Assembly: GCA_963701095.1 (NCBI GenBank)
Contig: OY969564.1
Span: 1,728,001 to 1,792,000, forward strand
DNA: 64,000 nucleotides
Direction of reading: 5' to 3'
DNA from: an uncultured Methanoregulaceae archaeon
GTDB taxonomy: Archaea > Halobacteriota > Methanomicrobia > Methanomicrobiales > Methanospirillaceae
Below, piece after piece: positions 10,910 to 21,659 of this stretch; within the stretch, counting starts at the first letter, position 1, and each line of letters opens with the position of its first letter. A program made the translations under genes and the position numbers. The notes below the pieces were generated by a model. The model was not told where the DNA came from, did no database searches, and saw only the letters and a program-made list of their open reading frames with translations.

Positions 10910-12436
10910 ATGGCAAAGAAAAAAGAGAGATGGGGCCCTGAAAAAAAACGGGAAAATACCAGCGAGTGCGATCTTGACGGAGGTTTTGAATCTCCCGTAA
11001 AAACGTTCCGCGATATCTCTCGAAAAAATATACAATCACTTATTGTCAAAAGCCGGTACTTTCAGGCACTTATTGTTGTTACGGTAATTGGTATTTTCCT
11101 GAGATTCTATGACATCGGATACAATTCTATCTGGCTGGATGAAGCCACCACATATTTCACCTCAATAAAATCTCTTGCCGATATCTGGCAGGCAACTACC
11201 GCTGGAGAATTCAGCCCGCCGCTCTTTATGTGGGGTGAACATTTCATGCTCGTGCTCGGTAATAACGAGACGATCCTGCGCTTCATCCCCGCCGTTCTGG
11301 GTGTCCTTACGATACCTCTTTTTTATGTCATTGGAAAGGAATTCCTCGACAGGAATGCAGGTATTATAGCAGCCACTGCTTGTGCAGTCTCTCCATTTTT
11401 AATCTATTACTCGCAGGAAGCACGCGCATATTCAATGATGCTCTTTTTTTTGGCACTGGCAACGATTTTTTTCCTTAAGGCAATAAAATCCGGCAGTCTT
11501 ATCCATTGGGCACTTTTCGGAATCTTTTCGGCACTGGCCTTCTGGTCACACTTTTATGCTATCGTAATGATAGTGGCACTGGTATTCTTTGCTTTTGTTG
11601 AGTTGGTTCCAGGGATGCGTACCGATCTCAAAAACATGAAAATGCTGATACTGGGCATTGCTTTTTTCGTAATACTTTCGTTACCTCTGTTACTGCTTTC
11701 CGTTCAGTCTTTTGCCTCGAGGACGGCATCTGCACCCACGTACGGGATCCAGGGCTTGGGAATAATTGTAGAAACATTCAACGAGATTTCGGGGTCTAAC
11801 GATCTCGCGATGTTTCTCCTGGTAGCGCTTTTTATCATAGGGATTGTGCAGGCATTTATTATCAACAAAAATAAAGCGGCATTCCTTGTTCTGATCACTG
11901 TTATCTCGGTTATTGTAAGCTATTTCCTTTCATTCAAAATGCCGGAGCTCCCCCGGTATCTAATATTTTTAAGCATCGTCTTTTTTATTGGCATAGCAGT
12001 ATCCTACCGATTTTTTTATTCCCTTTGGAGGAGTGAGGCAGTGGTGTATGGATTTATAATCCTCCTTTTCATCGTCAGTGCACCGATGTTATCCATGTAT
12101 TATTCCGGTTATTCCAAGCCGGATTGGAGAGGTTTTTCAGAAACACTTCAGGAAAAAGTCAGTCCCGGTGATGCAGTCGTTTCCGTTCCCGGGTACATAA
12201 GCCAGCCCCTCGATTATTATTTCTCGTCAGCAAAGAGTGACACAAGAGAATATGGCGCAACAACGAGTCAGGATCTCGAAAAAATCTATTCTCAAAAAGG
12301 GAATGGTACCCTGTATTTTGTCGTAACTGATGATATCAGTGCCGCAGACCCGAATGGTGATGCAGTGGCTTGGCTCAAAAACAATACCTCTTTTGCAGGT
12401 CAGGATACAGGGATTTATCTCTTCACTTCAAACTGA
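10910..12436 (+). CDS. GT-C fold membrane glycosyltransferase (GT39/PMT_2-like)
   Basis: SIWLDEA, PPLF, YYSQEARAYS and many transmembrane segments. Confidence 0.82.
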   Translation: MAKKKERWGPEKKRENTSECDLDGGFESPVKTFRDISRKNIQSLIVKSRYFQALIVVTVIGIFLRFYDIGYNSIWLDEATTYFTSIKSLADIWQATTAGEFSPPLFMWGEHFMLVLGNNETILRFIPAVLGVLTIPLFYVIGKEFLDRNAGIIAATACAVSPFLIYYSQEARAYSMMLFFLALATIFFLKAIKSGSLIHWALFGIFSALAFWSHFYAIVMIVALVFFAFVELVPGMRTDLKNMKMLILGIAFFVILSLPLLLLSVQSFASRTASAPTYGIQGLGIIVETFNEISGSNDLAMFLLVALFIIGIVQAFIINKNKAAFLVLITVISVIVSYFLSFKMPELPRYLIFLSIVFFIGIAVSYRFFYSLWRSEAVVYGFIILLFIVSAPMLSMYYSGYSKPDWRGFSETLQEKVSPGDAVVSVPGYISQPLDYYFSSAKSDTREYGATTSQDLEKIYSQKGNGTLYFVVTDDISAADPNGDAVAWLKNNTSFAGQDTGIYLFTSN

Positions 12437-12579
12437 TACAATTTTAATCGCGGAAGGAAAAATTAGAGAAATATAGGGATTCCAATATCAGAATTGCAAA
12501 TAAACGATGTAGAGAGGACAAATTTCTGAATTGTGGGATTCTTATTTTTTTTAGAAGGTAGTCTGGCCTTTGGCCTGCG

Positions 12580-13893
12580 TCAGCCTTTTAATGTTTTGGA
12601 AATTGTTTCAATTATAAATTGAACCATGTCGCTTGTCAGTCCGGGATATACCCCAATCCAGAACAGGTTATTCATTACGAGATCGGTATTTTCTAATGTT
12701 CCAATCTGCCGGTAATTCATATTTGAATAGGCAGGTTGTTTAATCAGGTTCCCTCCGAACAGCATGCGCGTTGCAATTTTATTCTTCTCAAGAGATTCGA
12801 CGATTTCGCCTCGATTGAACGGGGCATCTTCTTTAACAAGAATCGGGAAACCAAACCAGCTTGGTTCCGAATTTGTTGTTGCCTGGGGAAGTATCACGTT
12901 TGTATTTCTTTTTTTCAGGCCCTGGTATAATAAATTGAAATTCTTTTTTCTTTTCTCAATAAACGCTGGTAGTTTTTTTAACTGTGCCACTCCGATTGCT
13001 GCCTGCAAATCGGTCACCTTGAGATTGTAACCGATATGGGAATACACGTACTTGTGGTCATATCCTTGGGGGAGTTCACCAAACTGCCAGTTAAATCTTT
13101 TTTTGCACGAGTTGTCGTGTCCGGGATCGCACCAACAATCCCTTCCCCAGTCGCGAAACGAAGCGATAATTTTTTTCAGTATTGGATCATTAGTGAGGAC
13201 CGCACCTCCCTCTCCCATCGTCATATGATGTGCCGGATAGAAACTAAACGTAGAAATTTGGCCAAATGTCCCCGTAAACTTCCCCCGGTACCGGGATCCA
13301 AGGGCGTCGCAATTATCTTCTATATACCACAGGTTGTATTTCCTGACTAATTTCATAATGGTGTCGAGATTGGCAGGATTTCCGAGTGTATGAGGAATAA
13401 AAATTGCTTTTGTTTTATCAGAAATGGCCTCTTCAATCAGATCTGCCTGGATATTGTAGGTTCCAAGTTCCACGTCCAGAAAAACAGGGATAAGATTATT
13501 TTGAAGTATCGGATTGAGGGTCGTTGGAAACCCGCAGGCAGTGGTGATAACTTCGTCTCCTGTTTTTAATGCCCGATGACCCAGTTTGGATGACGTAAGT
13601 GCTGAAACCGCAAGAAGATTTGCCGATGATCCGGAATTTGTCAGAAGACAATGTTCCATGCCAAGAAATGCTGCAAATTCGCGTTCAAATTGTTCTGCGA
13701 AGCGTCCGGAAGTGAGCCAGAAGTCGAGTGATGCATCAACAAGAGCAATCATTTCATCGGCATCATAAATCCTGCCGGCATATGGTATCGGTGAAGTCCC
13801 CGGAACAAATGCGGGCTGCTGTTCACGCAATTTGAATAACTCGGAAACGTTTTGAAAAATTTTTTCACGTATTTTTTTTTCATTTTCATCCAT
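12580..13893 (-). CDS. rfbH: CDP-4-keto-6-deoxyglucose 3-dehydrase (E1, RfbH/DdhC)
   Basis: [27 protein letters not shown] (His in place of the PLP Lys) and RDCWC...C Fe-S motif. Confidence 0.93.
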   Translation of the reverse strand: MDENEKKIREKIFQNVSELFKLREQQPAFVPGTSPIPYAGRIYDADEMIALVDASLDFWLTSGRFAEQFEREFAAFLGMEHCLLTNSGSSANLLAVSALTSSKLGHRALKTGDEVITTACGFPTTLNPILQNNLIPVFLDVELGTYNIQADLIEEAISDKTKAIFIPHTLGNPANLDTIMKLVRKYNLWYIEDNCDALGSRYRGKFTGTFGQISTFSFYPAHHMTMGEGGAVLTNDPILKKIIASFRDWGRDCWCDPGHDNSCKKRFNWQFGELPQGYDHKYVYSHIGYNLKVTDLQAAIGVAQLKKLPAFIEKRKKNFNLLYQGLKKRNTNVILPQATTNSEPSWFGFPILVKEDAPFNRGEIVESLEKNKIATRMLFGGNLIKQPAYSNMNYRQIGTLENTDLVMNNLFWIGVYPGLTSDMVQFIIETISKTLKG

Positions 13894-14000
13894 AATTTAT
13901 TCCCAGACTAAGAACTCCTTTAAATCTTCCACTCGTTTAATTATCAAGGTTATTGATCATTAATACTATTAGGGAATAACTTCCAATAGCTTTGAACAGG

Positions 14001-14891
14001 ATGAAAAGGATTTTGCTCACCGGTGGCACCGGGTATCTTGGCAGTAAAATACTCGTTCAGCTGGTAGACGAAGGTTATTGTATCATACTTCTGAAAAGAT
14101 CTTTTTCAAACACGGAACGAATTAAAGAATACATAAAAAAGATTATTGTTTATGATATCGATCGTGTCTCTTTGGAGAATGTTTTTAATGAAAATACGAT
14201 CGATATAATAATTCACTGCGCAACAGATTACGGAAGATCAGAAAATGATCCACTCCACGTCGTAGATACAAATTTAATATTTCCGCTAAAATTACTCGAG
14301 CTGGGTAAAAAAAACCATGTAAAATGCTTCATTAATGCGGATACTGTCTTAGACAAGCAGACCGACAAATACTCCCTTTCAAAAAAACAATTTAAAGAGT
14401 GGTTATACACCTATCGAAAAAGATTTAGCTGCATTAATGTTGCACTGGAGCATTTTTACGGGCCCGGGGATAACCCGACTAAGTTTGTTACCTATCTCCT
14501 GCACAATTTAATGAAAAATGCAGAAAGGATTGATTTGACAAAGGGCGAACAAAAAAGAGATTTTATTTATATAGATGACGTAGTCGACGCTTTCGAAAAA
14601 ATAATAAAATCATCAGACAATTTTTTAAAGGATTTTTATGAATTCGAAGTAGGTTCCAACCAATCGCTTTCTATCAGGGAATTCGTCGAACTGGCAAAAA
14701 ATATATCCGGAAACACGGTGACGGCTCTCAATTTTGGGGTAATACCCTATCGGGAAAATGAAATAATGGATCACAAGGCTGATACCTCTGGAATCTCCAG
14801 TTTAGGATGGAAATGCACTATTTCCCCAGCGGAGGGATTACGTAAAATGTTTGAGTCAGAAAAGCGATCCATAATCCAAGATCGATCATGA
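14001..14891 (+). CDS. NAD-dependent CDP-3,6-dideoxyhexose 4-reductase (paratose/abequose synthase-like)
   Basis: [26 protein letters not shown] and QKRDFIY; located between rfbH and the tyvelose epimerase gene. Confidence 0.72.
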   Translation: MKRILLTGGTGYLGSKILVQLVDEGYCIILLKRSFSNTERIKEYIKKIIVYDIDRVSLENVFNENTIDIIIHCATDYGRSENDPLHVVDTNLIFPLKLLELGKKNHVKCFINADTVLDKQTDKYSLSKKQFKEWLYTYRKRFSCINVALEHFYGPGDNPTKFVTYLLHNLMKNAERIDLTKGEQKRDFIYIDDVVDAFEKIIKSSDNFLKDFYEFEVGSNQSLSIREFVELAKNISGNTVTALNFGVIPYRENEIMDHKADTSGISSLGWKCTISPAEGLRKMFESEKRSIIQDRS

Positions 14892-15910
14892 GAATATTAA
14901 TCACCGGTGGTTGCGGTTTCCTTGGATGCAATATCGCCCGGAAAATTTTAGAAACGGGGGACGAGCTTTTCATCTTTGATAATTTGTCAAGGGTGGGGTC
15001 AGAAAAAAACCTGGGATGGTTAAAGGAAAAAGGAAATTTCGAATTCATTAATGGCGATATCCGGGATAAAAACACGGTTTTTGATATCATAAAGAAAGCA
15101 ACACCGGATGTCGTTTTCCACTTAGCCGGTCAAGTGGCAATGACAACATCTATCAGTAATCCCCGGCTGGATTTTGAAATAAACGCTTTAGGATCCTTCA
15201 ACGTGCTGGAATCTGTAAAAAATTATTCTCCAGATACCATCGTGGTCTATTCGTCAACAAATAAGGTATATGGGGACCTTGAATGGGTACACTATGATGA
15301 AACGGAGAAAAGGTACATTGCACGGGAATTTCCCGAGGGGTTCTCGGAGACAATTCGCCTGGATTTCCATTCGCCGTACGGGTGCTCCAAAGGATGTGCA
15401 GACCAGTACATGCTGGATTTTTACCGGATCTTTGGTATTAATACCGTCGTTTTCCGGCATTCCTCTATGTTTGGTGGAAGACAGTTTTCGACTATAGATC
15501 AGGGATGGATAGGCTGGTTCTGCCAAAAAGCTCTTGAAACAAAAAAAGGCACGTTAAAAGAGCCTTTTACCATTTCAGGTGACGGAAAACAGGTCAGGGA
15601 TGTGTTATACGCCGATGATATGGTTGACCTTTATCTTGGCGTAATAAAAAATATTGATAAAGCGAAGGGACAGGTTTTTAATATTGGCGGGGGGATGCAA
15701 AACAGCTTATCCCTGCTGGAGCTTTTTGACATTCTTGAAACCCGGCTCAATATTCAATTAACCTATGACAAAATCCCTGCCAGAATGAGCGATCAAAAAA
15801 TATTCGTTGCTGATATTCGTAAAATTAAGCAATTTATTGGCTGGGAACCAAAAACGGATAAAATATCCGGCATAGAAAAGATGCTTCAATGGATCGATTT
15901 GAATGAATAA
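14888..15910 (+). CDS. rfbE: CDP-paratose 2-epimerase (CDP-tyvelose epimerase)
   Basis: [34 protein letters not shown] and DQGWIGWF. Confidence 0.85.
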   Translation: MRILITGGCGFLGCNIARKILETGDELFIFDNLSRVGSEKNLGWLKEKGNFEFINGDIRDKNTVFDIIKKATPDVVFHLAGQVAMTTSISNPRLDFEINALGSFNVLESVKNYSPDTIVVYSSTNKVYGDLEWVHYDETEKRYIAREFPEGFSETIRLDFHSPYGCSKGCADQYMLDFYRIFGINTVVFRHSSMFGGRQFSTIDQGWIGWFCQKALETKKGTLKEPFTISGDGKQVRDVLYADDMVDLYLGVIKNIDKAKGQVFNIGGGMQNSLSLLELFDILETRLNIQLTYDKIPARMSDQKIFVADIRKIKQFIGWEPKTDKISGIEKMLQWIDLNE

Positions 15911-16601
15911 TTCAATAAAATTAAGCGTGATAATGCCATGTTATCTGGAAGAAGAAAATTTGCGTTTACTGCTCCCGCGATTAGTACATGAAGTTGAGAT
16001 GATCGGGGACCCGTTTGAGATATTAATCATCGATACAATACAGGCAATGGACAATACCAAAGAAGTCTGCGAAGCAAACAATGCCACTTATATCGCAAGG
16101 GAAGGGGGAAATAACTACGGTGACGCGATAAGGACAGGTATTACCCGGGCCCGTGGTGAGTTCACCATTTTTATGGACGCCGACGGGTCCCATTCCCCCG
16201 AATTCATCAGTAACCTGTACAGGCACAGAAATGAATACGATGTCGTCATTGCTTCAAGATACGTAGAAGGAGGATCTACAGATAACACGTGGTTATTGGT
16301 ACTGATGAGTTATATAACCAATAAGACGTATTCGATAATTTTAAATTTACAATATAAAGACATCTCTAACAGTTTTAAATTGTACAAAACAGTATGGCTG
16401 AAAGACCTGACGTTAAGATGTAAAAATTTTGACATTGTTGAAGAGATTTTATACAAAATTAAAAAAAACCATAAGGAATTGACTGTTCTGGAAATCCCGT
16501 ATTCTTTTAAACAAAGGCTCTTTGGCCATACAAAAAGAAATTTGTTTGTTTTCATCCTTACCTATATTGTAACCATTCTCAGACTGAGGTTTGATTTTTA
16601 A
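15903..16601 (+). CDS. GT2 polyprenol-phosphate glycosyltransferase (DPM1/GtrB-like)
   Basis: [15 protein letters not shown] and VIASRY. Confidence 0.85.
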   Translation: MNNSIKLSVIMPCYLEEENLRLLLPRLVHEVEMIGDPFEILIIDTIQAMDNTKEVCEANNATYIAREGGNNYGDAIRTGITRARGEFTIFMDADGSHSPEFISNLYRHRNEYDVVIASRYVEGGSTDNTWLLVLMSYITNKTYSIILNLQYKDISNSFKLYKTVWLKDLTLRCKNFDIVEEILYKIKKNHKELTVLEIPYSFKQRLFGHTKRNLFVFILTYIVTILRLRFDF

Positions 16602-16648
16602 TGCATCCTTGGTGTAACTGTTGTTTTTTTCAGAACTGCCGTGAAAAA

Positions 16649-17050
16649 ATGAGAGAATTATATGAGAACAGTTTTTTGAGATTTTTATTTGTTGGTGGAC
16701 TCGGTACTGTCGTTAATATTCTGATTTTTTTTATATTCGCTGATACCCTGCATTTTGACCCCACATTTTCATCGGTTATTGCATTTTTATTTGCCGTAAC
16801 ACAAAATTATATCCTGAATCATGTGTGGAGTTTTAAAAACATTGTAAACTTTCAGTTGAACAAAAAAAGTTATTTCAAATACGTCTGCGTTAATATTTTT
16901 GGCTTGGTAATCAATCTATTAGTACTCAATATGATTCTCCTTTGGCTCAATCCCGCAATTAAAACGGAAGCCCAATTATTCGGGGTGCTGTCTGGTACGA
17001 TTTTCAATTTTATCTTGTCCAGAATGTATGTTTTCAAAGAAAATCCGTAA
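16649..17050 (+). CDS. GtrA-family flippase-like membrane protein
   Basis: RFLFVGGLGT, NYILNHVWSF and NFILSRMYVF; about 4 transmembrane helices. Confidence 0.85.
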   Translation: MRELYENSFLRFLFVGGLGTVVNILIFFIFADTLHFDPTFSSVIAFLFAVTQNYILNHVWSFKNIVNFQLNKKSYFKYVCVNIFGLVINLLVLNMILLWLNPAIKTEAQLFGVLSGTIFNFILSRMYVFKENP

Positions 17051-17143
17051 TTCTTTATTGAGAAAAAGAAGAGGGATTAAAAAACCCATTGTAGTATTAA
17101 AGCAGTTTCATTGAGTTCAGGTCTGATAATATATCCCTGTTTT

Positions 17144-18259
17144 TCAAATCCTGTCTAAATTATACATTTTTTCTGCACAATCGGTAAATTCATGGATCTG
17201 ATCCAATGAAGTTTCAATCATACTCCTGTTTCCGGAATTGTTTTGTTTATACCATTCCACGGTTTTCTGTATTGTCCTATCAATGCCATACACCGGTTTC
17301 CATTCAAGTTTCGTCATCGCTTTTGCGATATCCAGCTTAAGGTAACCTGCTTCATGCACCGGATTTTCCTCATCTAAGGTAATTTCCCATTTTCCCGAAC
17401 CCCATTTGCCAATGACTTTTTCGGCAATTTCCCGGACCGTAATATTACTTGAATAATGCGGCCCGAAATTCCATGCATCAGCATAAACACTAGGATTTTC
17501 TCTCATCCGAAGTCCGAGAAGAAGGTAACCGGATAAGGGATCCAGTACAAATTGCCATGGACGAACGGCTTCGGGGTTGCGGATTCTGATCGGATCGTCT
17601 TTTATGAGGGATCGTATGCAATCGGGAACAATTCTGTTCGCTGCCCAATCCCCCCCGCCAATAATATTGCCCGCCCGTGCGGACGAGATTGAGTGAATCG
17701 GTGCTTTTTCGTTCGGATTAAAAAAACTTTTCCTATACGATGCAATCGCAATTTCAGCAGCACCTTTGCTTGCGCTGTAGGGATCATAGCCTCCGAGGGA
17801 ATCGTTTTCACGGTAGGCATAAATCCATTCCCTGTTCTCATAACATTTATCGCTGGTGATGCAAACACATGTCGTCGGACGCCGGCACAACCTGATAGCC
17901 TCAAGAATATTGACGGTTCCCATTACGTTAACATTAAACGTATCACATGGATTCTTGTACGAATCCCGGACCAATGGCTGGGCAGCAAGATGGAAAATAA
18001 AATCCGGATGGAATTTCTTTACGACCTCAATCAGTTTTTCCCTCTCTAAAATATCTCCCCGGATATCTGTTATGAGGTTTTTTAGTCCTGTCTCATGGAA
18101 GAAGGAAGGATTTGTAGGGGTATTAAGGCTGTACCCAACAATTTTTGCCCCTAACGAGTGCAGCCACAATGCGAGCCACCCGCCTTTAAAACCGGTATGT
18201 CCGGTTATGAGAACGGTTTTACCCTTATAGGCGTCCGAGAGTCTATCCTTGAAATTCAT
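17144..18259 (-). CDS. rfbG: CDP-glucose 4,6-dehydratase
   Basis: TGHTGFKGGW, HLAAQPLV, TSDKCY, DPYSASK and RAGNIIGGGDW. Confidence 0.95.
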   Translation of the reverse strand: MNFKDRLSDAYKGKTVLITGHTGFKGGWLALWLHSLGAKIVGYSLNTPTNPSFFHETGLKNLITDIRGDILEREKLIEVVKKFHPDFIFHLAAQPLVRDSYKNPCDTFNVNVMGTVNILEAIRLCRRPTTCVCITSDKCYENREWIYAYRENDSLGGYDPYSASKGAAEIAIASYRKSFFNPNEKAPIHSISSARAGNIIGGGDWAANRIVPDCIRSLIKDDPIRIRNPEAVRPWQFVLDPLSGYLLLGLRMRENPSVYADAWNFGPHYSSNITVREIAEKVIGKWGSGKWEITLDEENPVHEAGYLKLDIAKAMTKLEWKPVYGIDRTIQKTVEWYKQNNSGNRSMIETSLDQIHEFTDCAEKMYNLDRI

Positions 18260-19023
18260 CTGTCCCACACGTTCCAAGGTGCTTTTCCTGTGCTCCAAAC
18301 ATTTTCGAGGTAGTTTTTATCTCTTAGGGTATCCATTGGATACCAGAATCCCTCGTGTTTGTACGCATTGAGCTGTCCCTCCTTTGCCAGTTCCTCCAAA
18401 GGAGCTCTCTCGAGGGTAGTTGTATCATCCTCCAAGTAATCGAACAATTGCGGTTCGAATACAAAAAATCCTCCATTTATATATCCGCTTCCTGGTTTTT
18501 CCAAAAATGTAGTTACGTTTGACCCGTTTAATTTTAAAACGCCGAATCTTCCTACAGGACGAATGGCAGTTAAGGTTGCAGTTTGACCTTGTTTTTTATG
18601 AAACTTTATTAAATTAGGAATATTAACGTCGGACAGGCCATCACCGTACGTGAGCATAAAAGGTTCATCTCCAATATATGACTGGATTCTTTTTACCCGG
18701 CCACCAGTCATAGTATTATCCCCGGTATCAATGAGCGAAATTTTCCAGGGTTCTGAGAAATTCTGATGAATTTCTGTTTTGTTGTTTTTTATATCGATAG
18801 TAACATCGGACATATGGAGGAAATAATTGGCAAAATATTCCTTTATGATATACCCTTTATACCCCAGACAAATTATGAAATCATTATAGCCATAGTGAGA
18901 AAAAATTTTCATAATATGCCATAAAATGGGTTTTCCTCCAATCTCCACCATTGGTTTGGGTTTGACAACCGTCTCTTCACTAAGGCGAGTACCCAGCCCC
19001 CCGGCGAGAAGTACTACTTTCAT
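18256..19023 (-). CDS. rfbF: Glucose-1-phosphate cytidylyltransferase
   Basis: LAGGLGTRLSEET, KPKPMVEIG, TGGR and MDTLRD. Confidence 0.95.
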   Translation of the reverse strand: MKVVLLAGGLGTRLSEETVVKPKPMVEIGGKPILWHIMKIFSHYGYNDFIICLGYKGYIIKEYFANYFLHMSDVTIDIKNNKTEIHQNFSEPWKISLIDTGDNTMTGGRVKRIQSYIGDEPFMLTYGDGLSDVNIPNLIKFHKKQGQTATLTAIRPVGRFGVLKLNGSNVTTFLEKPGSGYINGGFFVFEPQLFDYLEDDTTTLERAPLEELAKEGQLNAYKHEGFWYPMDTLRDKNYLENVWSTGKAPWNVWDR

Positions 19024-19309
19024 GGATTCGGTTTTCGTAATTTCTCACCTCTAACAAACAAGTATACTTATACATAATTGCTTTTAAACCAATAGCACAA
19101 AAATATCTCTTCATTTATGTCAATTAATTGGTGCATTTCATAATTAATTTCCGTTGTGATAAAGATTATATTTTTTTTGGAATTGTAACACTTGCAATTA
19201 TTAACCTAATCGTTTTTATCTGAAATCACAAAAACGTGGTACTTTACATTCGCATTGCAATCATATCATAAAAAATCCTCATATCCTTCAAGATCCAATA
19301 TAATTGCTC

Positions 19310-20281
19310 ATGTCTAATATCACCGTCGCTGTCCTTGCCCCGAATGGCTTTGCAGAAGAGTTGGGAAAAAAAGGGACGACAAGCGATATCACTTTTTACA
19401 ACCTCAAGAGGGGTGAATCCACTGTCACTCTCATCGAACCTACACGATATCCCGAAAAACTTTCCTCACTCTTTTATACAATCTCTCTTGCCGATCGTGT
19501 CATTCTTGTTGTCGATGAAATCACGGCAACGTTTGGTGAAACGGTTCTTATGCTCCAGAGTGCTGGAAAAGCACAGGGGTATATTATCTTCCGGAATTAC
19601 CTGACACCGGATCAGGTTGCACCGCTCATCAAAGGAACGGTTCTTGAGCACTACGAGGCTATTGAACATGATCCTATTGGTTTACGGGAGAAATTGCTTG
19701 ATGCCGCGGCAAAGTTGACTTCACACCAGAAGATAAAGGAAGGCGTCGGCAATGGAACAGTTCCTGTTGATCATCATTTCAATGTCAAAGGAGTCGGCAT
19801 TGTCGTTTTGGGATGCGTTACCCATGGTCTCATCAAAAAACACGATTCCCTCAAGGTTCTCCCAACAACTAAAGTTGCGCAGGTCCGTTCTATCCAGAAG
19901 CACGATGATGACGCGGAAACTGCAGTTACCGGCGACCGGGTGGGACTTTCACTCAAGGGTATCGAAGCAGAAGACCTTGATCGGGGCTATGTCCTCACGA
20001 ACGATCCTGCAATTAAAAGTTCTCTTACCGTGACCGGCAGAGCGCAGCTTGTCAAATACTGGCCCGCCCCTTTAAAGGAAGGGATGGTAATCTACCTTGG
20101 CCATTGGATGCAATTTTTGCCTTCACGTGTCACCGGGGTATCGGCTGAAGGAGATTGGAGAATGCCCGAACTTTCATTTACCGTTGATAAAGAACTGGTC
20201 TATCCTCCCGGAGCCCACGTGGTGTTGCATTACCTGGAGGGCGGCAAACTCAGGGTTGTAGGATCCCTGACCCTTTCCTAA
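19310..20281 (+). CDS. Archaeal SelB/EF-Tu-like protein with degenerate GTPase domain
   Basis: LGKKGTTSD, VDHHFNVKGVG and GDRVG (EF-Tu domain II); no intact P-loop. Confidence 0.78.
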   Translation: MSNITVAVLAPNGFAEELGKKGTTSDITFYNLKRGESTVTLIEPTRYPEKLSSLFYTISLADRVILVVDEITATFGETVLMLQSAGKAQGYIIFRNYLTPDQVAPLIKGTVLEHYEAIEHDPIGLREKLLDAAAKLTSHQKIKEGVGNGTVPVDHHFNVKGVGIVVLGCVTHGLIKKHDSLKVLPTTKVAQVRSIQKHDDDAETAVTGDRVGLSLKGIEAEDLDRGYVLTNDPAIKSSLTVTGRAQLVKYWPAPLKEGMVIYLGHWMQFLPSRVTGVSAEGDWRMPELSFTVDKELVYPPGAHVVLHYLEGGKLRVVGSLTLS

Positions 20282-20388
20282 ACCGGTTCGTTTTTTCTTT
20301 CTTTTAACCGAATTGTACCCAAAGTGCCATTATCCCGGCTTACCTCACCTATTATCTTGTACCGAATGCATCAATGTACTGATAACTC

Positions 20389-20958
20389 ATGTTCGATGAT
20401 ATCATCGGTTGGATAATTCTTGCCGTAATTGTTGTCATTATTATCGGCCTCATCTTATGGATAGTCGGCATTTACAACAGGTTCCAGTCCCTGAAAAATT
20501 CGTCTGAAGCGACTCTCGGGCAGATCCGGGTTGCAATGAAGAAACGTCTGGATATGATAGAACAGCTGCTAGGTGCAGTGAAAAGCTATGCAAAGTTCGA
20601 GCAGGAGACGTTTACCAAAGTTACTGCCATGCGATCAGTGGTCGCGACTGCAGGGCCCGGGGACCTTAATAAAGTCGAGGCCGAATCCCGCTCCATTTTC
20701 GGACGTCTTCTGGCGGTGGCAGAAAACTACCCGGAGTTAAAAACTTCGCAGACGGTCTCTTCCCTTATGGACGCAGTAAAAAACCTTGAGGACGAAATCT
20801 CTCGCCACAGGTATACATATAACAATATCTCACAGGAATTCAACACAATGATGGATACTATCCCCTCCAAATTTGTCGGGAGTATGACTCATCTGCCAAA
20901 GCTTGAATATCTCCAGTTCGAAGATGAAATCAAGACGCCACCAAAAATCGAGTTCTAA
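20389..20958 (+). CDS. lemA: LemA family protein
   Basis: N-terminal TM helix, [13 protein letters not shown] and YN...FN...P pattern. Confidence 0.9.
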   Translation: MFDDIIGWIILAVIVVIIIGLILWIVGIYNRFQSLKNSSEATLGQIRVAMKKRLDMIEQLLGAVKSYAKFEQETFTKVTAMRSVVATAGPGDLNKVEAESRSIFGRLLAVAENYPELKTSQTVSSLMDAVKNLEDEISRHRYTYNNISQEFNTMMDTIPSKFVGSMTHLPKLEYLQFEDEIKTPPKIEF

Positions 20959-21051
20959 AAAAGTCAGATCCTTTTTCCAACAAGGAGAAAAGAGATATAA
21001 ATCCGCATCAATTTATTGAATACCTAAGAAATGTAATAAAAGAGGGCGTTT

Positions 21052-21639
21052 ATGGAGTATTCGGAAGGCCGGCTCGGTCGGGTATTTGTCCTCAGGATCG
21101 ATGACGGCGAGGATCTCCTGGCAGTCACGCAAAAGTTCCTCCAGGATAAATCTGTCAGATCCGGCACTATTCTTTTTCTTGGTGCTCTCAGGAAGGGACG
21201 GATGGTTACCGGTCCTGAAGAACCTACTATTCCGCCAGAACCACATTATATCATGTTCGAAGGTGGCTGGGAGATGGTTGGACTTGGTACGATTAGCCAG
21301 GGAGATGACGCTCCTGCCATTCATTTCCATGCATCGGTGGGACGGGCGGGGCATGCTCTGACAGGGTGCCTCCGGGATATGGCAATCACTTATATTGTTG
21401 CGGAGGTGGTAATTCTCGAATTTTCCGGTTGTAATATACATCGCCGCCTCGATGAAAAAATGGGCGTACCCCTTCCGGTCCATACAAAAACCGGCGAATC
21501 TGCACAACAGTCTCTTCCAAATACTGAACCAGATGCAGCGTCAGAAAAATCGGCCATTTCTGCCGGGAAAAAGGAAGAAGATATGCCAGGAGGCCTCGCT
21601 GAAATTATCCGTGATCTTACCCGGCGCCCGCGAGCTTGA
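21052..21639 (+). CDS. PPC domain (DUF296) protein
   Basis: GRVFVLRIDDGEDL, IHFHASVG and GCL. Confidence 0.85.
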   Translation: MEYSEGRLGRVFVLRIDDGEDLLAVTQKFLQDKSVRSGTILFLGALRKGRMVTGPEEPTIPPEPHYIMFEGGWEMVGLGTISQGDDAPAIHFHASVGRAGHALTGCLRDMAITYIVAEVVILEFSGCNIHRRLDEKMGVPLPVHTKTGESAQQSLPNTEPDAASEKSAISAGKKEEDMPGGLAEIIRDLTRRPRA

Positions 21640-21659
21640 CCAGCATCACAACACACAAT

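Noticed and set aside
19310..20281. Selenocysteine machinery
   Set aside because: The protein lacks GTPase motifs, and no tRNA-Sec or other sel genes are visible.
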